Source: the human T2T-CHM13v2.0 reference genome, Homo sapiens. Taken from it: DNA of 64,000 nucleotides. Positions 57,172 through 64,000 of this stretch are shown here, in pieces. A model generated the notes under the pieces. It saw only the letters and a list, made by a program, of their open reading frames with translations. It searched no databases and was not told the origin of the DNA. How positions within the stretch are numbered: the stretch's first letter is position 1; the number at the start of each line of letters is the position of its first letter. The translations under genes and the position numbers were made by a program. The stretch is taken from the NCBI RefSeq assembly GCF_009914755.1, contig NC_060938.1. The stretch is one strand, 5' to 3'.

Positions 57172-58422
57172 CATAGGTATTGGTGGTTGTCAGATCTAGG
57201 GTATGTATGTTTTTAATTATGTTGATTTGCCTTTCCATCAGGATGTATAGAGGTTCTGTTTTCCCCACATCTTCTCAACAGTTTGTGTGACAGGCTATTG
57301 TGAATGGTTTCCTACTGTCATCTAATTGATCATTTCACAAATACTAGTGAGGCTTAACACATTTTTATGTGATTATTTGTCATTTTCTATTGTGCTTCTG
57401 TGAATTTCCTGATGTCCCTTTTTCAATTGGGTTGTCCTTTTAAATTTGTAGGAATTTTATTTTATGTGGAATATTAACAGATTGCAAGTTATATGGGCAA
57501 AAAACATAATTTTCAGTTTATAACAGGTCTTTTCATTTTTATTATAATGGTCTTTGTCGTAAAAAAAGTTATTTTAATTTTAATGCAGGATTGGATTTTG
57601 TGTGCATGTGTTTATATCCTGTAGCTATTTTAGAAAACTCTTGCCAATATCAGGAATGAAAATAAGAATTCATTTTTTTTTCTAAAAGTAATGCATCTAG
57701 ATTTTTAATCCATTTAGATTTTATTTTTGAGTCAGCATTTTTCTGTATGGATAGCCAATTGTTCTGGCACCATTTATTGGCTGATCTATTCTTTTGCCAC
57801 TGATTTGTAATGCCACCTCTGTTTTTACTTTTGTAGTTTTATATTTTATACATTTCTTATTTTCTAGTTTATCTTATACTATATTCATTCCCTGAGTTTC
57901 TTACACTTTTGTTCCTATTACTCCTATTATCCATGTCCCCCACAATGCTTCATTATGGATATTTCAAACATACAGAAAAGTTGAAAGAATAGTACAGTGA
58001 ACACCATATACTCACCAACTAGATTCTACAGCTAAATTTTGCTGTATTTGCCATATCGTGTATTTAGCCATGTATTCATACCTATATCCATTTCTATGCC
58101 TCTTTTTTAATGCAGTTCAAAATAACTTGCATCCTTAAAACCTCAGCATGCATGGCATTAACTGGAGTTTAGTAACTACTTTTTAAAAAATAACATTATA
58201 CACATTGAAATGCAAAAAAATTACCATTCTGTGAGTTTTAACTGATGCTTACACCTGTGAACCCAAACCCTATCATTATATACAATATTATCATCTTAGA
58301 AATTTCCCTTTTGTTCTTTTTCAATTAATCCTCTCAAATTTAAATACTCTTCTGATTTTTTTCCATAATGGATTATTTTAGCATTTTGTAGAACTTCCTA
58401 TAAGTGGAATTATAGCATGTAC

Positions 58423-58756
<334 letters not shown>

Positions 58757-59446
58757 TAATATATTTTGGATGTATTCATGTTGTTTTACCTATTGGGAGT
58801 GTGTTCAGTTTTGGTTGCTGAGTAGTATTATGATGTATGAATATGCTTCAGTTCTATTCTTTCTCCATTTGATGGACATTTGGGCTGCTTTCAGTTTTGG
58901 GCTATCATGAATAAAGCTTTGATAAACATTCTTGTACAACTCTGTTTGTGGGTATATACTTTGAATTCAATTAGAATGATATCCAAGAGTGGAAATGTCA
59001 GATTAAAGGGGAGGCATTTGTGAAACTGCCAAATTTTTACAAAAGGTTTATATTATTTTATATTCCTATCAGGAAAAAAATAGAGTTCTGGTTGCTCCTT
59101 GTCCCTTCAACATTTGATATTGTCATTTTTTTCTCTCACTCTTCCTTTTTTTTTCTTTCTATTCCAGTGGTCATATAATGATATCTCATCATAGTCTTAA
59201 TAAGCATTTTCTCAATGGCTCATAATGTGGATATTTTTCATATGTCTGTTCAAATCTTTTGGTTATATTTTAATTGGGTGGTTTGTCTTTTTATTTTTGG
59301 GCGGTGGGTATTTTTTATATATCCTGTATACAAATCCTTTTTCAGGTGCATGTTCTGCCAATATTTCTCCCAGTTTGTGAGTTCCCTATTAATTTTCTTA
59401 AATCATGAATTTTAGTGAGTGGAAGTTTTTAATTTCAAGAAGTCGA

Positions 59447-59842
59447 ATTAATTTTCTAAGCCTGCCATTACAAAGCACTACAAACTAAGTGGTTAAAACA
59501 ACAAAAGATATTATCTCACAGTCTGGAGGCAAAAAGCTGCAAATCAAGGTGTTGGCAAGGTTCCTTTTTTCTGAGGGATCTATCTGAGGGAGAATCTGCT
59601 CCACGCCTCTCTCCTACTTTCTGGTGACTGCCAGCATTGCTTGGCATTCTTTGGCTTACAGAGGTATCACAACAATCTCTGCTTCCGTCTTCACATGCCA
59701 TTCTCTCGGTTTGTTTGTTGCTTCTCATAATTGTCATCTTAAGGACATGGGTCACAAAGGATTAGGGGCCTATCTATCCTCTTTCAGTATGACCTCATCT
59801 TAATTAGTTACATCTCTCATGACATTATTTCCAAATAAGGCC
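59447..59842 (-). mobile_element. MLT1C-like LTR, truncated
   Basis: 'ctcacagtctggaggc...aaatcaaggtgttggcaagg', 'tatgacctcatcttaat...tatttccaaataagg'. Confidence 0.85.
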
Positions 59843-61419
59843 TATTTTCCTTTTATGATCACTGTTATCTCTGTGCTGAGGAAACATTGCTTCCTTTAAG
59901 TTAGAAAGATATTTCCCTTATGTACTGTATTTTTGCATTATTTTTTCTTTTGGCTTACCTTATACCAAATTAATTATATTTCATAAATTCTCTCTTTCTC
60001 TGTGAAGTTTGGAAGCTCTACATTTTGCTTTTTTTTTTAGTGGATAATTTTAACTTTTACAAAGTTCTTGACTCAACAAGTCTGAAATTCATTACTATCT
60101 GTAGCCTTATCCCAAGAATAATATAAACTTAGAACATTTTATCTGCAATCATTTCTCTCATTTTCTGTAAGTTTTGTTGCCCTATATTTTAGTTCTACTT
60201 TGTTTCATGCCCGCCAAAGTTGAAAATTAGTAGTATTATTATTATTTCATAAAGTTCATGCTCTTTTAGACTTAACCGCACAGTAAATTCTTTACTCTTG
60301 ATTTCCACATTCCTAGCTGTACTTCCGGATTCACGTTCCCTCTTGAATTATTGTTTACATATTCATACAGCAAGGATCTATTAGGGGCATATGTTTAAGT
60401 TGTACTCATTGCTGCTCTCTTAACAATTAAGCATTTGGCTGTTTTGCATAGATCTTTTACCCTATTTTTAAAATTTGGAGGTCTATTGTTTGATGATTTT
60501 TCTTTTGTAAGCAATCTGCCTTCTAAATCTGATTGCTTTCAAAATCAGTCCTTTATATTTGTACTTTCTCTTTGATATTAAGATCTTACCTCTATTTTTT
60601 AACTTAGGAAGTCTAAATATGTGTTAATCTATCTACTGGAGACTTTTTGTTCTTCCTGAGTCTGAGAATACTTGTCATCTATCACATCTGCAAAATTCTT
60701 AAGACATTGTCTTTTCATTATTTCTCCCTAACTCTGTATTGTATTCTAAAACTTCATATATCTATATATCTTTTCCTTCTATCACTCATGTCACTTAACT
60801 TCTTTGATAATTTCTATAAATCATATATCTATGTTGTGTTTGATTAATTTCTTCAGAGACATTTTCCAATTTGCTAATTAGCCCTTCAGCTGTGTCCAAT
60901 ATTTTCCATGACACATCCTTTACAATTTACATTTTGATTGCTGTATTTCTCATTTCTCAAAGTGATTTTTTTTTTTCTTTTTCAGATGATCTTGTTCTTT
61001 TTTCATCATCTTGTTCTTTTATTAAGGTTTTTCTTTTTAAAATCTTTCATAATTGCAAAAAATCTTATTTTAAAATCTTCATCAGATTGCTCCAGCATAT
61101 GAAGTTATTGGTCTCTAGTCCCATTTGGTGTGTGTATGCTTGACATTGTTTCTTTTTCAGGATGGATTATTTTCTGTTTGTTTCTTCCTTTATGTGTGAG
61201 ACTTCCTTCCAGGCTGAGTTGTGAGAATGTCCATCTGGAGTTTTGCATTTTTATTTTCTTCTGCTAAATTGGCCAAGGCACTACTAGCCTTATTTTCTTT
61301 CTTTTCTTTTCTTTCTTTTTTTTTTTTTTTAAGCTTCATGGTTTCTAAATCATATAAGGCCCCATTTGAAGGCAAATGTCTCCAGAGAAATTTTGAGTAG
61401 TTATCCACTAAATGCTTGG

Positions 61420-61615
61420 AATATGTTAATTATTCTTACATATATTAAACAAACCTGTGAGGTGGAGACCATTATCATCATCTCCATACTTAGATGGGAA
61501 AACTATGCAGTTGAAATATTAGGGAAAATGTTTGAAGCAGCACATCTACTGAGTGATCAAGGCTTGAGCTTTCCAATCTACATTCCAAACCCATACCCTT
61601 AGTCCCTGTGCTGTG
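61420..61615 (-). mobile_element. MIR
   Basis: 'aacctgtgaggtgg...atcatctccatacttagatgggaaaact'. Confidence 0.65.
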
Positions 61616-62955
61616 CTTTGTTGCTAGTCAGGCAAACAGTTCAGCCCCTCAAACATCCCTTTATGTCTATCAATCACTCTTCAGGAAGGCAATTGTATAC
61701 ATTTAAATTTTCTACATATTGATTTAGCCAAAAATCTAAAAAAGGATGATTATTCCCAAGCAACTGTTGAATTTGATATTTGTTTCTCCATTACAGCTAT
61801 TTCATTCTATACATATTTTAAGATATTTGTACTGCAAAATGAAAATGGGTGTACAGGCTCTGAAACCACTCAATATTAGTGATCATGGACTGTTGTTGGC
61901 TGTATTTCGTGCCATTCTCAATCACCTCTCGTCCCAGCGTGATACTCCAATGCTATCATGCATCTTTCACTGGAAAGAGCAGCTATCCTGTATCTCATTT
62001 TAAACATCAATGCTTTTATTCTCATTTCAATTCTTAGCTGGAAATATGATTTTTCATTTCATTATACTTTTAATTTTTATTTTTCCTCTCCTGTTATCCA
62101 TTGTTTAATTCTTTCCTTGAATTACTTACAGTTATTTTTTAAGGCACTTAAATATTCAATATGAAATAAAATTGTTCTCTTTTCAATGACACTGTGTAGA
62201 GCATAATCATTTGCCTCCGGACTCCATCCAAGTTTGCTTCCATTTTTCATATAAATTATCTAAAAGCAACTCAGCTATATTAATGACTGTATCATATAGC
62301 ATTCCTTCATTAAGATTTAATAAGTGTTTGTGGAATAATGAAGAACTTTTGTTGACATTTTGATATCGTGTATGTAAAAAGCTGTCACTTATAGATATTT
62401 TGGAATCTATCTAAAGAGTTTATTGTGGGCAAAACAAAACATTTAAGGAAATTTTTAAAAATTAAGCCTTGGAAACTGTGATGCCCAAGAGAGTGAAAAA
62501 ACTGGAATAGAGCACAGTTATGAGAGCTGTTCAAATGTTCTCAAACAACCCAGTTATTTATTGCTCTGATTTGGACTACCTGTTTTTCTCTTTGAAGAAC
62601 CACAATATATGATTTATAATTGCCATTTGACAAGTAAATAGAGATAGAGTAGGTGATCTTAGTTTGAAAATATAAAACATATCTTCTCTGATATTGTATT
62701 AGAAATTATTTTATTTTTTCTTTATGAAAAAGAAATTCATTTATTTCTTTATGAAAATTGTTATTTCTTTATGAAAATTCATTTAAAACAGAGTTTAGAA
62801 ATGTAAAGATTTTTCTATTAAATCTAAAAGACATAATTTTACCAATGATAAATTTGATCACAGTGTTTTGTTTAATTTATTCCAGTTACAGAAAGTCCAG
62901 AAAAACCTACTTTCTGCAAAGACGTTATCTTTTTAAATCTGTTGTTCATATATTA

Positions 62956-63266
62956 TTATTATTATTTTATTTTATTTTATTTTTTTAATTTTTTTTTTTT
63001 TGAGACGGAGTCTTGCTCTTTCGCCCAGGCCGGACTGCAGTGGCGCTAGCTACATCAGCGCACTGCAAGCTCCGCCTCCCGGGTTCATGCCATTCTCCTG
63101 CCTCAGCCTCCTGAGTAGCTGGGATTACAGGCACCCGCCACCGCGCCTGGCTACTTTTTCCTATTTTTAGTAGAGACGGGGTTTCACCGTGTAAGCCAAG
63201 ATGGTCTCGATCTCCTGACCTCGTGATCCGCCTGCCTTGGCCTCCCGAAGTGCTGGGATTACAGGC
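62956..63266 (-). mobile_element. AluY-lineage element (Ye-like diagnostics) lacking ~19 nt near its 5' end
   Basis: 'gcaagctccgcctcccggg', 'gacctcgtgatccg', 'ctttcgcccaggccggactgcag'; CpG-rich; TSD catatatta at 62947-62955 and 63267-63275. Confidence 0.93.
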
Positions 63267-64000
63267 CATATATTAATTTTTTGAATGAGATATGATGACC
63301 ACTAACATTAACTTTTATTGTAGTTGTAAATATAGTGGCAAGATATATAATGATCTATTAAAATATTTTCTGAAGCTTAGCAATGAAGTGATACATTTAC
63401 AAGGTATTATTTACATTGTTAAACTCTAACAGTTCTTCAACATTTGAATAACTAAATAATGATATGGTTTGCCATATGTTTCCATTTAATGAAGCCTTGT
63501 ATTGATACTTAAATGCTTCATTAAGTCACAAGCTGCCAAAATAAGTAGTTTTTCTCTTGTCATAAATGTGACATGGTTTAACTAAAAAGTCTTGTCATTT
63601 TAAAAATTAAGAATGCTTTTATTCTGCATATGTTATAAGCAACATTTCTCTCAATATTTCAGGTTTAAGTACAAAACATTTTTAGGAAGCTGACATTGTA
63701 GTTTGGGAATTTTTGTGCACAATTTTCTTGTCAGTAGAAGGTTGTATGCGTTGTTATAACTATCATTTCATCATAAACTAAACAAAGTTTATATGCCGTT
63801 TTCAAAAGCTTCTTGAAGTGACACCTGTTTCATTAACAACAACAATAATAATAAGCTTAAAAAGTCCTTGTCTGAGCTGTAAACACCAAATAAAAACTAT
63901 AATTTCACCAAAATCATATTTTTAATGCATCAAGTTGCCTTGAAAATGACAAGTTCAAAAAATGACAAGTGTAGCTATTCTGAAAGAACACATACATCTT

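Noticed and set aside
56486-57268. Longest ORFs (237 aa K/E/R-rich on +; 182-190 aa F/S/L-rich on -)
   Set aside because: These are translations of the GA tract, which has almost no stop codons; not a protein

Overview
AT-rich, CpG-depleted primate DNA, probably human or another ape (Alu J/S/Y, THE1/MST and L1PA/PB elements are present). It is intergenic or lies in a very long intron. I find no protein-coding exon, tRNA, rRNA, snRNA or processed pseudogene that I can support. The listed ORFs are short chance frames, repeat-derived or low-complexity; the 237-aa ORF at 56.5 kb is a GA-rich Alu tail. Much of the window is interspersed repeat: Alus, many L1 and L2 fragments, MIRs, a full two-LTR THE1C provirus, solo MaLR/ERVL LTRs, and MER5/MER20/MER1B DNA transposons with target-site duplications (TSDs). 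The best non-repeat signal is a CpG-enriched unique island at about 40.25-41.2 kb with GC box, TATA-like and Inr motifs and a consensus splice donor. Well-bounded non-coding exon candidates follow at 45.1-45.8 kb, which suggests a possible + strand lncRNA. Other points of interest are a ~10-kb nested transposon stack, a candidate L1 3' transduction, a ~470-nt purine tract and several templated insertions or duplications. Subfamily calls come from recalled consensus motifs, not an alignment run, and the boundaries of old repeats are approximate. I could not identify the locus, and I see no evidence of a novel multi-gene system.
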